Origin: Burkholderiales bacterium
GTDB lineage: Bacteria; Pseudomonadota; Gammaproteobacteria; Burkholderiales; SG8-39
Direction of reading: 5' to 3'
Assembly: GCA_035517595.1 (NCBI GenBank)
Contig: DATIYN010000011.1
Location: 1-47,515, forward strand
Length of the DNA stretch: 47,515 bases
The notes under the pieces are model-generated. The model saw only the letters and a program-made list of their open reading frames with translations, did no database searches and was not told the DNA's origin. Position 1 is the stretch's first letter. Each line of letters begins with the position of its first letter. A program made the position numbers and the translations under genes. Shown here one piece after another: positions 1 to 13,630 of this stretch.

Positions 1-1391
1 ACGCCGACCTTGCCGGTGATCGCTGCGGTCGTCTCCGAGCCCAGCGTCGCGCCCATGTAGACGCCCTCGTCCCAGCTCTGCGCTTCGACCACGAGCGGCA
101 CGGTGGACGATCGCCGCCCGCCGAAAATGAACGCCGAGATCGGCACGCCCTTCGGATCCTCCCAGTTCGGATCCATCGAGGGACACTGTTCGGCCGCGAC
201 CGTGAAGCGCGCGTTAGGGTGCGCTGCGGGCCGGCCGCAGCCCGGCGTCCATTCCTTGCCCTGCCAGTCCGTGAGCTTGGCCGGCGGCTCCTTGGTCATG
301 TCCTCCCACCAGACATCGCCTTCGGGCGTCAGCGCAACGTTGGTGAAGATGACATTCGAACGCAGCGTCTTCATCGCGTTCGGGTTGGTGGTTTCCGAGG
401 TGCCCGGCGCAACGCCGAACAGCCCCGCTTCAGGGTTGATGGCATAGAAGCGCCCGTCCGGACCGGGCTTGATCCAAGCAATGTCCTCGCCGATCGTCGT
501 CACCTTCCAGCCGGCGAAGGCCTTGGGCGGGATCATCATCGCGAAGTTGGTCTTGCCGCAGGCGCTCGGGAACGCCGCCGATACATAGTGTTTCTCGCCC
601 TGCGGGGATTCCACGCCCAGAATCAGCATGTGCTCGGCGAGCCAGCCCTCGTCGCGCGCCATCACCGAGGCAATTCGCAGCGCAAGGCACTTCTTCCCGA
701 GCAAGGCGTTGCCGCCGTAGCCCGAGCCGTACGACCAGATTTCCCGCGTCTCGGGAAAATGGACGATCCATTTTTCCTTGTCGTTGCAGGGCCAGGCCAC
801 GTCCTTCTGGCCTGGCGCGAGCGGCGCGCCGACCGAGTGCACGCAGGGCACGAACGCGCCGTCCTCGCCGAGGTGCTCGGCGACCGCTCGCCCCATGCGC
901 GTCATGAGCCTCATGTTCACGACCACGTAGGCGGAATCGGACAGCTCGACGCCGATCTGCGCAATGTGCGAGCCGATCGGGCCCATCGAGAAAGGCATGA
1001 CGTACATGGTGCGGCCGCGCATGCAGCCGTCGAACAGGCGCCCGAGCGTACGGCGCATTTCCGCCGGCTCGATCCAGTTGTTGGTCGGGCCGGCGGCATC
1101 CTTGTTCGCCGAGCAGATGAACGTGCGGTCCTCCATGCGCGCGACATCGGTCGGGTGCGACCGCGCAAGGTAGCTGCCGGGCCTGAGTTTCTCGTTGAGC
1201 TTGACAAACGTGCCCGCAGCCTCGAGCTCGCCGCACAAGCGGTCGTATTCGGCTTGCGACCCGTCGCACCAGACCACCCGGTCGGGCCGGGCCAGCCGCG
1301 CCATTTCCGCAATCCAGGCGCGCAGCCGGCGATGGCGCACCCAATCCGGGGCAATGGAAGGATCGACGGAGGGGTCGCGGCGGTCGGTCAT
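1..1391 (-). CDS. pckG: GTP-dependent phosphoenolpyruvate carboxykinase, N-terminal ~463 codons; the 3' end runs off the left window edge
   Basis: Absent from the ORF track because it has no in-window stop. My reverse-strand translation from the ATG at 1389-1391 gives [106 protein letters not shown]. Further on it gives [24 protein letters not shown] (PEPCK kinase-1a loop). The frame stays open to base 1. Confidence 0.88.
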   Translation of the reverse strand, partial: MTDRRDPSVDPSIAPDWVRHRRLRAWIAEMARLARPDRVVWCDGSQAEYDRLCGELEAAGTFVKLNEKLRPGSYLARSHPTDVARMEDRTFICSANKDAAGPTNNWIEPAEMRRTLGRLFDGCMRGRTMYVMPFSMGPIGSHIAQIGVELSDSAYVVVNMRLMTRMGRAVAEHLGEDGAFVPCVHSVGAPLAPGQKDVAWPCNDKEKWIVHFPETREIWSYGSGYGGNALLGKKCLALRIASVMARDEGWLAEHMLILGVESPQGEKHYVSAAFPSACGKTNFAMMIPPKAFAGWKVTTIGEDIAWIKPGPDGRFYAINPEAGLFGVAPGTSETTNPNAMKTLRSNVIFTNVALTPEGDVWWEDMTKEPPAKLTDWQGKEWTPGCGRPAAHPNARFTVAAEQCPSMDPNWEDPKGVPISAFIFGGRRSSTVPLVVEAQSWDEGVYMGATLGSETTAAITGKVG

Positions 1392-1404
1392 CAAGCGTGC
1401 TCCT

Positions 1405-1438
1405 GGAAAACAAAACGGCCCTGGGTCCTGCCGGGCCG
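1405..1438 (-). terminator. Intrinsic-terminator-like hairpin plus T-tract downstream of mnmE, ending ~14 nt before the pckG ATG
   Basis: The minus strand reads CGGCCC-11nt-GGGCCG followed by TTTTGTTTTCC. On the plus strand this is GGAAAACAAAAC followed by the stem. Confidence 0.45.
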
Positions 1439-1537
1439 GTGGAAACTCCTCTTGCCGCGAATTTTACCGCGCTGGTCCGGGCCCGGCGCACCGGGAGGAA
1501 TCTCCTTTATTACCAGAACGATAGTCGCCCAGCGGCG

Positions 1538-2863
1538 TCACTTGCCGATGCAGAATCGCGCGAAGATTTCCCCGAGCAGATCGTCTGCGCTGACGCGCCC
1601 GGTGATCGCTGAAAGCGCCTCTTGCGCAAGGCGCAGCTCCTCCGCAAAGAACTCCCACTGCGCCTGCTGCGCCGCGGCAGCCACCACGTGTCCCCGTGCG
1701 GTCTCGAGAGCGCGCAGATGCCGCTCGCGCGCGAGGAAGACGGATTCCCCTCGCGAGCTCCAGCCCACCGCCTCCAGCAATGCCGCGCGCAGCGCCTCCA
1801 GGCCCGCGCCGGTTCTCGCCGAGACTTGGATCGCTTCGCCGTGGCGTCCGGGCGCGCTGCCGCGCACAAGGTCGATCTTATTGACCACGGTGATGCGGCT
1901 CGCCGCCTCGGGAAGCGGACCCGCCGGCGCCTCCATCCGGCCGGCTTCCATCACCACCAGCACGACATCGGCGCGCGCTAGCTCGCTGCGCGTACGCGCC
2001 ATGCCGATGCGCTCGACCTCGTCTGTGGATTCGCGCAAGCCCGCCGTATCGACGACGACGATCGGCACGCCGTCGATCTGAATCGACTCGCGCAACGCGT
2101 CGCGCGTGGTGCCGGGGACCGCCGTGACGATCGCGCGCTCCTCGCCGGCAAGGCGGTTCAGCAGGCTCGACTTGCCCACGTTCGGACGCCCGGCGAGCAC
2201 CACGTGAATGCCGGCGCGCAGCAGGCTTCCCTGACGGCCGCGCGCGAGCAATTCCTCGAGCCCGGCACGCAGCCGCGCGAGCCGCGCCTGCGCGTCGTCG
2301 CGATGCAGCCGATCGATTTCCTCCTCGGGAAAATCGAGCATCGCCTCGGTCAGAGCGCGCAATTCGATCAGCGCGGCGACGAGCTTGTCCACGGCCTGCG
2401 AGAATTCCCCCGTCAGGGATCGCAGCGCCGAGCGCGCCGCTTCACGGCTTGCCGCGTCGATGAGATCGGCGACAGCCTCGGCTTGTGCGAGGTCAAGCTT
2501 GCCGTTCAGGAAAGCGCGGCGTGTGAACTCGCCCGGCTCGGCGAGGCGCGCGCCTGCGTCCAGCGCGGCGCCGAGCGCGGCGTGCATGACCACCGGGCCG
2601 CCGTGACCTTGCAGTTCCAGGACCGCTTCACCGGTGTACGAGCGCGGCGCCGGGTAATACAGCGCGATACCCTGGTCCAGTCGCTCGCCGGCCGCATCGA
2701 GAAAATCGCAATGGGTAGCAAGGCGCGGCGCGGGCAGCCGGCCAAGCACGGCCCGGGCGATGTCCGGCACGCGCGGCCCCGAGATGCGCACGATGCCGAT
2801 GCCGCCGCGGCCCGGCGGCGTCGCTAGCGCCGCGATCGTATCGCCGCGTTCACCGCCTGGCAT
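1538..2863 (-). CDS. mnmE: tRNA modification GTPase MnmE (TrmE)
   Basis: 441-aa ORF. N-terminus is [22 protein letters not shown]-domain motifs are [12 protein letters not shown] and DTAGLR. The C-terminus is the family-typical CIGK. Confidence 0.95.
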   Translation of the reverse strand: MPGGERGDTIAALATPPGRGGIGIVRISGPRVPDIARAVLGRLPAPRLATHCDFLDAAGERLDQGIALYYPAPRSYTGEAVLELQGHGGPVVMHAALGAALDAGARLAEPGEFTRRAFLNGKLDLAQAEAVADLIDAASREAARSALRSLTGEFSQAVDKLVAALIELRALTEAMLDFPEEEIDRLHRDDAQARLARLRAGLEELLARGRQGSLLRAGIHVVLAGRPNVGKSSLLNRLAGEERAIVTAVPGTTRDALRESIQIDGVPIVVVDTAGLRESTDEVERIGMARTRSELARADVVLVVMEAGRMEAPAGPLPEAASRITVVNKIDLVRGSAPGRHGEAIQVSARTGAGLEALRAALLEAVGWSSRGESVFLARERHLRALETARGHVVAAAAQQAQWEFFAEELRLAQEALSAITGRVSADDLLGEIFARFCIGK

Positions 2864-4508
2864 GGGCAGGCTTGCCGCGATCGAACATGCGCTGAATCTG
2901 CCATTGCTGGAGGATGGAAAGGATGTTGTTGACGAGCCAGTAGAGCACGAGGCCTGCCGGGAAGAAGAAGAAGAAGATGCTGAAGACGAAGGGCATGAAC
3001 TTCATGACTTTCGCCTGCACCGGATCGGGCGGCACCGGGTTCATGCGGGTCTGCAAGACCATGGTGAGCGTCATCAGGATCGGCATCACGTAGTAGGGAT
3101 CGAGCGCCGAGAGGTCCTTGATCCAGAGGATGAACGGCGCGTGCCGCAGCTCGATCGCCGCGAGCAGCACCCAGTACAGCGCGATGAACACCGGGATCTG
3201 CACCAGAATCGGGAAGCAGCCGCCGAGCGGGTTGATCTTCTCCGTCTTGTAGAGGTCCATCATCGCCTGGTTCATCTTCTGCCGGTCGTGCTCGTACATC
3301 TCGCGGATCTTCTGCATGCGCGGCGTGACGAGCTTCATTTTCGCCATCGACTTGTAGCTCGCCGCCGACAGCGGGAAGAACACGAGCTTGATCGTCACCG
3401 TCAGCAGGATGATCGCCACGCCCCAATTGCCGCTCAGCAGGTGGTACTTCTCGAGAAGCCAGAACAGCGGCCAGGCGATGATCGTGAGCCAACCATAGTC
3501 GACCACCAAGTCGAAGCCCGGCGCAGCAGCCGCAAGGCGATTCTTTTCCTGCGGACCCGCGTACAGGGGCACCGAAATCGAAGCGACCGAACCCGGATTC
3601 AGCGTGCCCACCGGGACCAGCGCTCGCCCGGAATACAGGCCATCGGTGCGTTTTTCGATCGCGTATTCGCGCGCAAGCTTGGTCGGCAACAACCATGCGG
3701 CGACGAAGTAATGCTGGACGTACGCGATCCAGCCGTCGTTCTCCTGCGTTACGAAATCGTGCTTGCCCTTGTCGATGTCCGAGAGCTGGACCTTTTGGAA
3801 TTTCTTTTCCTCGCTGTACACCGCATAGCCTTCAAAGCTTCTCGCGCCGAATGAGGCCGCCACGCCAGTGCTCGTACTCGTCGGTCTGCCGTCATGCGTC
3901 AGCTGGTAGTACACGTAGGGCGCAATTGGCGCGGCGCCGTCGTTGCGCAGTTCGAGCGCGACGTCGACGAGGTAGCTGTTGCGCTTGAACCGGTAGATCT
4001 TTGTGACCGAGAGTCCGTCCTTGCTCTTGGCGTTGAGGCGTACTTCCACTGCCTCCTGCCCGTCTGCGAGCGTGTACGGTCCCGGGGCCGCGGACCAGAC
4101 CGAGCGGTGATTCGGACCCTCGCCGGCGACGCCGCTCTGGGCTTCGTAGTGGTGATCGGGCCCCAGGAGCACGAAGTCTTTGGCCGCGTCTTCAGTGTCC
4201 TTGTGCTTGAGGAGCTCGACCTTTTTCAGCGTCCCGCCGAGCGTATCGATTTCGGCAGTGACGAGATCGGTGCGCACCACGAGGGTCTCGCCCTTCGTGG
4301 CCGGCACCGAGGCGCCGGGCACGTTCGCCTCGACAGGATTTGCCGCCGTCGGGGCGGAAGGACCAGCCGGGAGCGCCGGTGCAGGTGCCGCCTGCGGCGC
4401 CGTCGCCTGCACGGCGGGTTTGGGCCGGTGCTCCTTCTCCCAGGCGTCCCAGAGCATGAGCACCGAGAAGCCGAAAACGAACAGCAGGACCAGGCGCTGC
4501 GTGTCCAT
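2850..4508 (-). CDS. yidC: Membrane protein insertase YidC
   Basis: 552-aa ORF with an N-terminal TM segment, a large periplasmic domain and a conserved C-terminal core (GNWGVAIILLTVTIKLVFFPL...MQKIREMY...GGCFPILVQIPVFIALY). It sits in the canonical rpmH-rnpA-yidD-yidC-mnmE order. Confidence 0.95.
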   Translation of the reverse strand: MDTQRLVLLFVFGFSVLMLWDAWEKEHRPKPAVQATAPQAAPAPALPAGPSAPTAANPVEANVPGASVPATKGETLVVRTDLVTAEIDTLGGTLKKVELLKHKDTEDAAKDFVLLGPDHHYEAQSGVAGEGPNHRSVWSAAPGPYTLADGQEAVEVRLNAKSKDGLSVTKIYRFKRNSYLVDVALELRNDGAAPIAPYVYYQLTHDGRPTSTSTGVAASFGARSFEGYAVYSEEKKFQKVQLSDIDKGKHDFVTQENDGWIAYVQHYFVAAWLLPTKLAREYAIEKRTDGLYSGRALVPVGTLNPGSVASISVPLYAGPQEKNRLAAAAPGFDLVVDYGWLTIIAWPLFWLLEKYHLLSGNWGVAIILLTVTIKLVFFPLSAASYKSMAKMKLVTPRMQKIREMYEHDRQKMNQAMMDLYKTEKINPLGGCFPILVQIPVFIALYWVLLAAIELRHAPFILWIKDLSALDPYYVMPILMTLTMVLQTRMNPVPPDPVQAKVMKFMPFVFSIFFFFFPAGLVLYWLVNNILSILQQWQIQRMFDRGKPAHARR

Positions 4509-4516
4509 GCCGGCGA

Positions 4517-4753
4517 TCAGCCGTTACCTCGCGACGCGCGCGAGCGCGGCACCGGATCGAAGCCGCCCGGGTGCCAAGGCCCGCAGCGGCACAGCCTGGC
4601 GGCGCACAGCCAGCCGCCGCGCAGCGCGCCGTGCGTGCGCAGCGCCTCTTCGGCATAGGCGGAGCAGCTCGGCGTGAATCGGCAGGCCGGCGGGAGCAGC
4701 GGCGCGAGAAAATACCGGTAGGCAAGCACCAGCGCGCGCAATAGTCTGCTCAT
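4517..4753 (-). CDS. yidD: Membrane protein insertion efficiency factor YidD
   Basis: The ORF track extends to 4861. The conserved protein starts at the internal Met: [69 protein letters not shown]. The ATG is at 4751-4753. Confidence 0.9.
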   Translation of the reverse strand: MSRLLRALVLAYRYFLAPLLPPACRFTPSCSAYAEEALRTHGALRGGWLCAARLCRCGPWHPGGFDPVPRSRASRGNG

Positions 4754-4760
4754 TGGATTC

Positions 4761-5138
4761 TCACCGGGGCAATTCCACGAACAGCTTGCGCAGCCGCGCG
4801 AGCATCGCCGCCCCCGGTCGCGCACCGAACGGCGGCCGCACCAGCACGTCCATTGCGCCAAGGCCCGCGTGCTCGAGCCGGAACGCCTCGCGGATGCAGC
4901 GCTTGAGCCCGTTGCGCACGACGGCCTTCGCCGCGTGCCGTCGCGTGACGAGGACGCCCAGCCGCGCCGGGCCTGAGGTGCGCATCAATGTGAAGAATGT
5001 GTATCCCGACCTGCTCTGCCGCGCACCCTCGCGCAGCAGTCGCTCGAAATCCGCCTTGTTCGACAGCCGCCGCTCTGCACCGAGCCCGAAGCGACTGCCA
5101 ATCGTCGCCAGCCCCGACCTGCCGAGCTTGCCGGGCAC
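4761..5138 (-). CDS. rnpA: Ribonuclease P protein component
   Basis: 125-aa ORF containing [12 protein letters not shown]...[27 protein letters not shown]. Its position between rpmH and yidD is canonical. The start is a GTG 6 nt after the rpmH stop, and the exact start is uncertain. Confidence 0.85.
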   Translation of the reverse strand: MPGKLGRSGLATIGSRFGLGAERRLSNKADFERLLREGARQSRSGYTFFTLMRTSGPARLGVLVTRRHAAKAVVRNGLKRCIREAFRLEHAGLGAMDVLVRPPFGARPGAAMLARLRKLFVELPR

Positions 5139-5143
5139 GGAAC

Positions 5144-5284
5144 CTACACGGCCAGACGCTTCCGGCCCTTCGCCCGTCGCGCGCGCAGCACGGCGCGGCC
5201 CTTCGCCGTGCGGCTGCGCACCAGAAATCCATGCCTGCGCGCGCGCCGCGTTTTCGATGGCTGATAGGTTCGCTTCTGCTTCAT
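5144..5284 (-). CDS. rpmH: 50S ribosomal protein L34
   Basis: Too short for the ORF track. My translation of the minus strand gives [46 protein letters not shown] followed by a stop (TAG). This is the canonical L34 sequence. Confidence 0.93.
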   Translation of the reverse strand: MKQKRTYQPSKTRRARRHGFLVRSRTAKGRAVLRARRAKGRKRLAV

Positions 5285-5368
5285 TTGGCGTGCTCGATCC
5301 GAAAAAGGGCGGTATTAGAGCCCGCGCGCTGAAGCCTTGTCAAATCAATGTTTTTTTCTTGCGCGTGC

Positions 5369-5377
5369 TGTGGATAA
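5369..5377. promoter_or_regulatory. Perfect consensus DnaA box (TGTGGATAA, the reverse complement of TTATCCACA), 51 nt upstream of the dnaA ATG
   Basis: Exact 9/9 match read directly in the rpmH-dnaA spacer. A 7/9 box (TTCTCCACG) follows at about 5405-5413. Confidence 0.7.
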
Positions 5378-5427
5378 CGCGATACGGAAAGGGTAAAATC
5401 GCAGTTCTCCACGGCCCTCAGAAAACG

Positions 5428-6768
5428 ATGCAGAATCTCTGGCACGCTTGCCTGCGCCGACTGGAGCAGGAGCTGCCCACGCAGCAGTTCAACACCTGGA
5501 TTCGACCCCTCGCGCCGGAGGCCGGCGCGGTCGATTCCCCCACGCTGGTTCTCGCCGCGCCCAACCGTTTCATCCTCGAGCACGTGCGCGACACGTTCGG
5601 CGCCCGAATTCGGCGCCTGGCTACCGAGACATGCTCGCGAGAGATCGACGTGCGGCTCGTGCTCGCGCGCAGCGCGTCCGCGGACGCAGCGCCGCGCGCG
5701 CCAGTACCCGCGGCGAGCACGGCGGGCGCGGTGCCCATTGCGCCTGAGCGTGCGCGCCTCAATCGCGCGTTCACGTTCGATAATTTCGTGACCGGCAAGG
5801 CGAACCAGCTTGCTCGCGCCGCGGCGATGCAGGTAGCCGAAAATCCCGGAATCTCCTACAACCCTCTGTTCATCTACGGCGGGGTCGGCCTGGGCAAGAC
5901 GCACCTGCTGCAGGCGATCGGCAATCGGCTCGCCGCCGAGCGACCGCAGGCCCGCATCCGCTACATCCACGCCGAGCAGTACGTCACAGACGTGGTGCGC
6001 GCCTACCAGCAGAAATCCTTCGAAGAGTTCAAGCGCTACTACCACTCGCTGGACCTCCTGCTCATCGACGACATCCAGTTCTTCTCGAACAAGGACCGCA
6101 CGCAGGAGGAATTCTTCTACGCGTTCAACGCCCTCGTCGAGGCGCACAAGCAGATCGTCATCACCTGCGACACCTATCCCAAGGAAATCGCCGGCATGCA
6201 GGAGCGCCTGATCTCGAGATTCGGCTGGGGCCTGACGGTCGCTATCGAGCCTCCGGAGCTCGAAATGCGCGTCGCGATCGTCCTGAAGAAGGCGGAGGCG
6301 GAGGCGCTGGCGCTCGCCGAAGACATCGCATTCTTCATCGCGAAGCACATCCGCTCGAACGTGCGCGAGCTGGAGGGCGCGCTTAAGAAGGTGCTCGCAT
6401 TCGCGCGCTTCACCGGACGCGAGCTCTCGCTCGAGCTCGCGCGCGAGGCGCTGCGCGACATTCTGCACGTCGCCAATCGCCAGATCAACGTCGAGGGCAT
6501 CCAGAAGACCGTGGCCGAGTACTTCAAGATCAAGGTCTCCGACATGCATTCCAAGCGGCGCAATCGCAATATCGCCCGGCCGCGCCAGGTGGCCATGGCC
6601 CTTGCCAAGGACCTGACGCAGATGAGCCTGCCCGAGATCGGCGAGGCTTTCGGAAATCGCGACCATACCACCGTGCTGCACGCCTGCCGCACCATCGCAA
6701 GCCTGCGCAAGAAGGACCTGAGCCTGAACCGCGACTACCACCTGCTCGAGCAGGTTCTGAAGGGCTGA
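5428..6768 (+). CDS. dnaA: Chromosomal replication initiator protein DnaA
   Basis: The ORF track starts at 4753 because of a high-GC upstream extension. The conserved protein begins at [28 protein letters not shown] (ATG at 5428). It has the AAA+ Walker A motif [11 protein letters not shown] and the C-terminal DNA-binding motif DHTTVLHA. Confidence 0.95.
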   Translation: MQNLWHACLRRLEQELPTQQFNTWIRPLAPEAGAVDSPTLVLAAPNRFILEHVRDTFGARIRRLATETCSREIDVRLVLARSASADAAPRAPVPAASTAGAVPIAPERARLNRAFTFDNFVTGKANQLARAAAMQVAENPGISYNPLFIYGGVGLGKTHLLQAIGNRLAAERPQARIRYIHAEQYVTDVVRAYQQKSFEEFKRYYHSLDLLLIDDIQFFSNKDRTQEEFFYAFNALVEAHKQIVITCDTYPKEIAGMQERLISRFGWGLTVAIEPPELEMRVAIVLKKAEAEALALAEDIAFFIAKHIRSNVRELEGALKKVLAFARFTGRELSLELAREALRDILHVANRQINVEGIQKTVAEYFKIKVSDMHSKRRNRNIARPRQVAMALAKDLTQMSLPEIGEAFGNRDHTTVLHACRTIASLRKKDLSLNRDYHLLEQVLKG

Positions 6769-6983
6769 AACCTGTGCGGACGCCGTGGATTCTTTGTGCA
6801 TAAGGCCGCGCGCCAGCGCTTCGCCGAAAACGACGCACAACGCTCCACAGCCTCCTCCACAGATTGCGCACGCCCGCATACAACGCCAAGCCGCTGGCCG
6901 TGCGCGGGTTTCTGGCTTATACAGCCGATGGCCGCTCTCTATTAGTTACTACTAGGGTTAGATAAAGAGAAGAAGGAACAAAA

Positions 6984-10512
<3,529 letters not shown>

Positions 10513-10519
10513 GGACTGA

Positions 10520-13033
10520 TCAGGCCGCGCGCCTGCGCCGCGCGGGCTTCTTCTCTTCGCCGCTCGGGGCGGCCGGCTCTGCCTTCGGCCTGCCGGACTT
10601 GTCGGCGCGAGGCGGGAATTCGAAGCCGACCTTGTTCTGCGGGGTCTTCACGAGGAAGGCCTTGAACTTGCGGCCCTTCCTAGACACGAAGTTCGTGAGT
10701 AGGTCGGTGCGTCCGGTGGCGAGCAGCTTTTTCATCTGCTCGCGCTCGACAGGCTGTTGCAGGATCATTCGCCCCGAGCGGAAGTCGCAGGTCCTGCCGG
10801 ACCCCACCGCCTTCTCGCACACGTAGGCGACGCCGTGCTCGAACACGCGGCTGCCGCACTTCGGGCACGCGCCGAGCGCCTCCTGGGCGCCGAAGTCGAC
10901 CGGATCCGCGTCGTCGCCGTCCGCGCCCTGGCCGAAATCGAACTCGATCTTGAACTCTCCGGTGAGCCTGAGGCCCGCCGAGAACGGACGGCCCTGCTTG
11001 CTGCGGAAGCCCGTGAGCGGGCCGATGAACTTCTTCGTGACGAGTTCGGCCACCTCCTCGGGGGACCAGTTGCGCCCGAGCAGCACCGGCCAGATGTAGA
11101 AATCGCAGGATTGGCACTGGAATTTGCGGTAGGTCTCCTGGATCACGCCGCCGCACTTCGGGCAGGGCGCGGCGACCGTCGCGAACGCCTCTTCCGGGAT
11201 GCTGCCCGCCTTCACGCGCTTGACGAGGTCGCGAGTGACTTTCTCGATGTGCGCCATGAACTGCTCGCGCGGCAGCTTGCCCTGCTCCATCTGCTTGAGC
11301 TTGAACTCCCAGTCGCCGGTGAGCTCGGGCGAGGTAATCTCGTCGACCTCGAAGTGCTTGAGCGCGAACAGCAGCCGGAACGCCTTCCAGGTGGGCTTGA
11401 GCTCGCGGCCGAGGCGCTCCACGTACTTCTCGCCGATCAGGCCCTCGATGACCGCAGCCCGCGTGGCCGGCGTGCCCAGGCCCTTGGCGCCCATCGCCGC
11501 GCGCAGCTCGTCGTCCTCCAGGAGCTTGCCGGCGCCTTCCATGGCGGAGAGCAGCGTCGCCTCCGAAAATCGCGCCGGCGGACGCGTCTGGTTCGGCTCG
11601 GCCTTCGACTCCAGCGTTTTTACCTTCTCGCCCTGGGCGATCGGCGGCAGGCTGGCGTTCTCCTCCTGCATCGACTTGCCGTAGACCGCGAGCCAGCCTG
11701 GGCTCTGCAGAACCTTGCCCTCGGTCCTGAACTGCTGCTCACCCACGGTGGTGATGCGTGTGGTCTGCAGGAACTCGGCCGACGGAAAGAACACCGCCAG
11801 AAAGCGCCGCACGACGAGGTCGTACAGCTTCGCCTCGGGCTCGCTCAGGTGCTTGGGCGCCTGCAGCGTCGGAATGATGGCAAAGTGATCGGAGATCTTC
11901 GCGTTGTCGAAGATGCGCTTATTCGGTTTGACCCAGCCGTTCTTCAATACTTGTCTTGCGAAAGGCGCGAATTCCTTCAAGTCGCCGAGCGCGTCCATCG
12001 TCTTCTTGACCGTGCCGAGATAGTCCTCGGGCAGAGCTCGGGAGTCGGTGCGCGGATAGGTCAGCGCCTTGTGCTTCTCGTAGAGCGCCTGAGCGAGCGC
12101 CAGCGTGCCGCGCGCCGAGAAGCCGAACCGGCCGTTCGCCTCCCGCTGCAGGCTGGTGAGATCGTAGAGCTGCGGCGCGGCCTGCGTCGTCGGCTTGGTC
12201 TCCTCGGCGGCCGTGCCGATCTTGCCCTGGCAGGCGGCCGCGATCGCCTCGGCGCGTTCCTTCGTCCAGATGCGCTCGGGCTTGCGCTCTGCGTCGTCAT
12301 CCTTCTTGAACGCCGGATCGAACCAGCGGCCGGCGTACTCGCCGGCTCTCGCGCCGAAGCGCGCGTGAACTTCCCAGTAATCGCGCGGCTGGAAGGCGCG
12401 GATCTTCTCTTCGCGCTCGACCAGGATGGCAAGTGTCGGCGTCTGCACCCGACCCACGGTGGTCAGGTAAAAGCCGCCTTCCTTGGAATTGAAGGCGGTC
12501 ATCGCCCGCGTGCCGTTGATGCCGACCAGCCAGTCGGCCTCCGAGCGGCTCTTCGCCGCGTCGGCGAGCGGCAGCAGCTCGCGGTCCTTGCGCAGCTTCT
12601 CGAAGCCTTCGCGGATCGCACCCTGCGTCATTGACTGCAGCCACAGGCGTTCGATCGGCTTTCTGGTTCTGGCGTACTGCGCGATGTAGCGGAAGATCAG
12701 CTCGCCCTCGCGGCCTGCGTCGCAGGCATTCACGATCGCGGTCACGTCCTTGCGCTTGAGCAGCCTGAGCAGCACGTTCAGGCGCGCCTCGCTCCTTTCG
12801 ATCGGCGCGAGGTCGAAGTGCGGCGGGATAACGGGCAGCTTGGCGAAGGACCACTTGCCCTTCTTGACGTCGTGCTCGGGCGGCAGCGTGAGCTCGAGCA
12901 GATGTCCGACCGCCGACGAAAGCACGTACTCGTCACTCTCGTAGTAGTCGCCTTTGCGCGTGAATCCCCCGAGCGCGCGCGCGATGTCGCCGGCGACCGA
13001 GGGTTTTTCCGCGATGATCAGCTTTTTGGACAT
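10520..13033 (-). CDS. Type IA DNA topoisomerase (topoisomerase III-like) with a C-terminal Zn-ribbon and repeat domains
   Basis: I take the start at the internal MSKKLIIAEKPSVAGDIARALGG (ATG at 13031-13033). The AEKPS Toprim signature is TopB-like rather than TopA-like (ESPAK). The C-terminus carries two CxxC...CxxC ribbons (CPKCGG...CQSC and CPKCGS...) and repeated F(R/V)S(K/R)(Q/K)GR(P/K)F modules. Confidence 0.88.
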   Translation of the reverse strand: MSKKLIIAEKPSVAGDIARALGGFTRKGDYYESDEYVLSSAVGHLLELTLPPEHDVKKGKWSFAKLPVIPPHFDLAPIERSEARLNVLLRLLKRKDVTAIVNACDAGREGELIFRYIAQYARTRKPIERLWLQSMTQGAIREGFEKLRKDRELLPLADAAKSRSEADWLVGINGTRAMTAFNSKEGGFYLTTVGRVQTPTLAILVEREEKIRAFQPRDYWEVHARFGARAGEYAGRWFDPAFKKDDDAERKPERIWTKERAEAIAAACQGKIGTAAEETKPTTQAAPQLYDLTSLQREANGRFGFSARGTLALAQALYEKHKALTYPRTDSRALPEDYLGTVKKTMDALGDLKEFAPFARQVLKNGWVKPNKRIFDNAKISDHFAIIPTLQAPKHLSEPEAKLYDLVVRRFLAVFFPSAEFLQTTRITTVGEQQFRTEGKVLQSPGWLAVYGKSMQEENASLPPIAQGEKVKTLESKAEPNQTRPPARFSEATLLSAMEGAGKLLEDDELRAAMGAKGLGTPATRAAVIEGLIGEKYVERLGRELKPTWKAFRLLFALKHFEVDEITSPELTGDWEFKLKQMEQGKLPREQFMAHIEKVTRDLVKRVKAGSIPEEAFATVAAPCPKCGGVIQETYRKFQCQSCDFYIWPVLLGRNWSPEEVAELVTKKFIGPLTGFRSKQGRPFSAGLRLTGEFKIEFDFGQGADGDDADPVDFGAQEALGACPKCGSRVFEHGVAYVCEKAVGSGRTCDFRSGRMILQQPVEREQMKKLLATGRTDLLTNFVSRKGRKFKAFLVKTPQNKVGFEFPPRADKSGRPKAEPAAPSGEEKKPARRRRAA

Positions 13034-13144
13034 ACGGGGGCGCGAAGGATACCCGCAAAAACTGCGGCGCAGCAACCCTGCGGAAATAATACGCGTGCCG
13101 GCGCTCGTGCATGCGAGCGCTAGATCAGCTCGACGTCCGCGCGT

Positions 13145-13603
13145 TCAGGAGGGCAGGCGAGACACCGCCGGCTTCAGCAGATCCTCCGCGATCAGGCGGC
13201 TGCTCGGGGTCTGCTGGTTCCACAAGACCATGAGCACGATGAGCTTGAGTTGCTCCAGCGTGAGGCCGCCGCCGTTGGCGGCGAGGGCCCGCTCGATGAC
13301 GTGCTCGCGTGTCTGAGGCGTGAGGATGCCGGCCTGCTCGAAGTGAATCAGCAGGCCGCGGCAATCGGCGTCGAGCCTTGCGAGCTCCTTCGGGGCGTAG
13401 GCGCGAGCCGCAGCGCCGGTGTCGGGTAGCGGCGCGAACGAGCGGTGCGGGCCGCGCGCCACGCCCGCGAGCCAGCCCAGAGCCTCGCTGATGTCCGAAT
13501 CTTCGAAGCCCGCGGCCGAGAGCTTCTTCGCCACCAGGTCCTTCGCGTTGAACAACTCGTGGTGCTGGCAGTTCTCGAACAGGTACACGAGGATGTCATA
13601 CAT
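13145..13603 (-). CDS. smg: Smg protein (DUF494)
   Basis: 152-aa ORF starting MYDILVYLFENCQHHELFNAKDLVAKKLSAAGFEDSDISEALGWL. It occupies the canonical position downstream of dprA. Confidence 0.9.
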   Translation of the reverse strand: MYDILVYLFENCQHHELFNAKDLVAKKLSAAGFEDSDISEALGWLAGVARGPHRSFAPLPDTGAAARAYAPKELARLDADCRGLLIHFEQAGILTPQTREHVIERALAANGGGLTLEQLKLIVLMVLWNQQTPSSRLIAEDLLKPAVSRLPS

Positions 13604-13630
13604 GTTGTTGTCATCTCCTCAGGCAGGGGG

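Noticed and set aside
219-2081. A 620-aa plus-strand ORF and a 353-aa minus-strand ORF (430-1491) at the left end
   Set aside because: They are shadow ORFs over pckG and mnmE. The real pckG frame has no in-window stop and therefore does not appear in the track.
4753-5427. An upstream 225-codon extension of the dnaA ORF (track start 4753)
   Set aside because: The extension runs antisense through yidD, rnpA and rpmH and has no DnaA similarity. The conserved DnaA N-terminus begins at the ATG at 5428, downstream of the DnaA box.
5285-5427. Calling the rpmH-dnaA spacer the complete oriC
   Set aside because: It is only 143 bp, with one perfect and one weak DnaA box and no extended AT-rich unwinding element. 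It is more consistent with dnaA autoregulation. The location of the origin is left open.
10520-13033. Naming the topoisomerase topA because of its dprA-smg-linked position
   Set aside because: The N-terminal Toprim motif is IIAEKPS (TopB-like) rather than the TopA ESPAK motif. I left the symbol blank. Only a phylogeny can settle the subfamily.
13101-13120. The GCGCTCG-TGCATG-CGAGCGC hairpin between smg and the topoisomerase gene, as a terminator
   Set aside because: No T-tract follows on the coding (minus) strand, and the genes are likely co-transcribed. A 7-bp GC palindrome is expected by chance in this composition.
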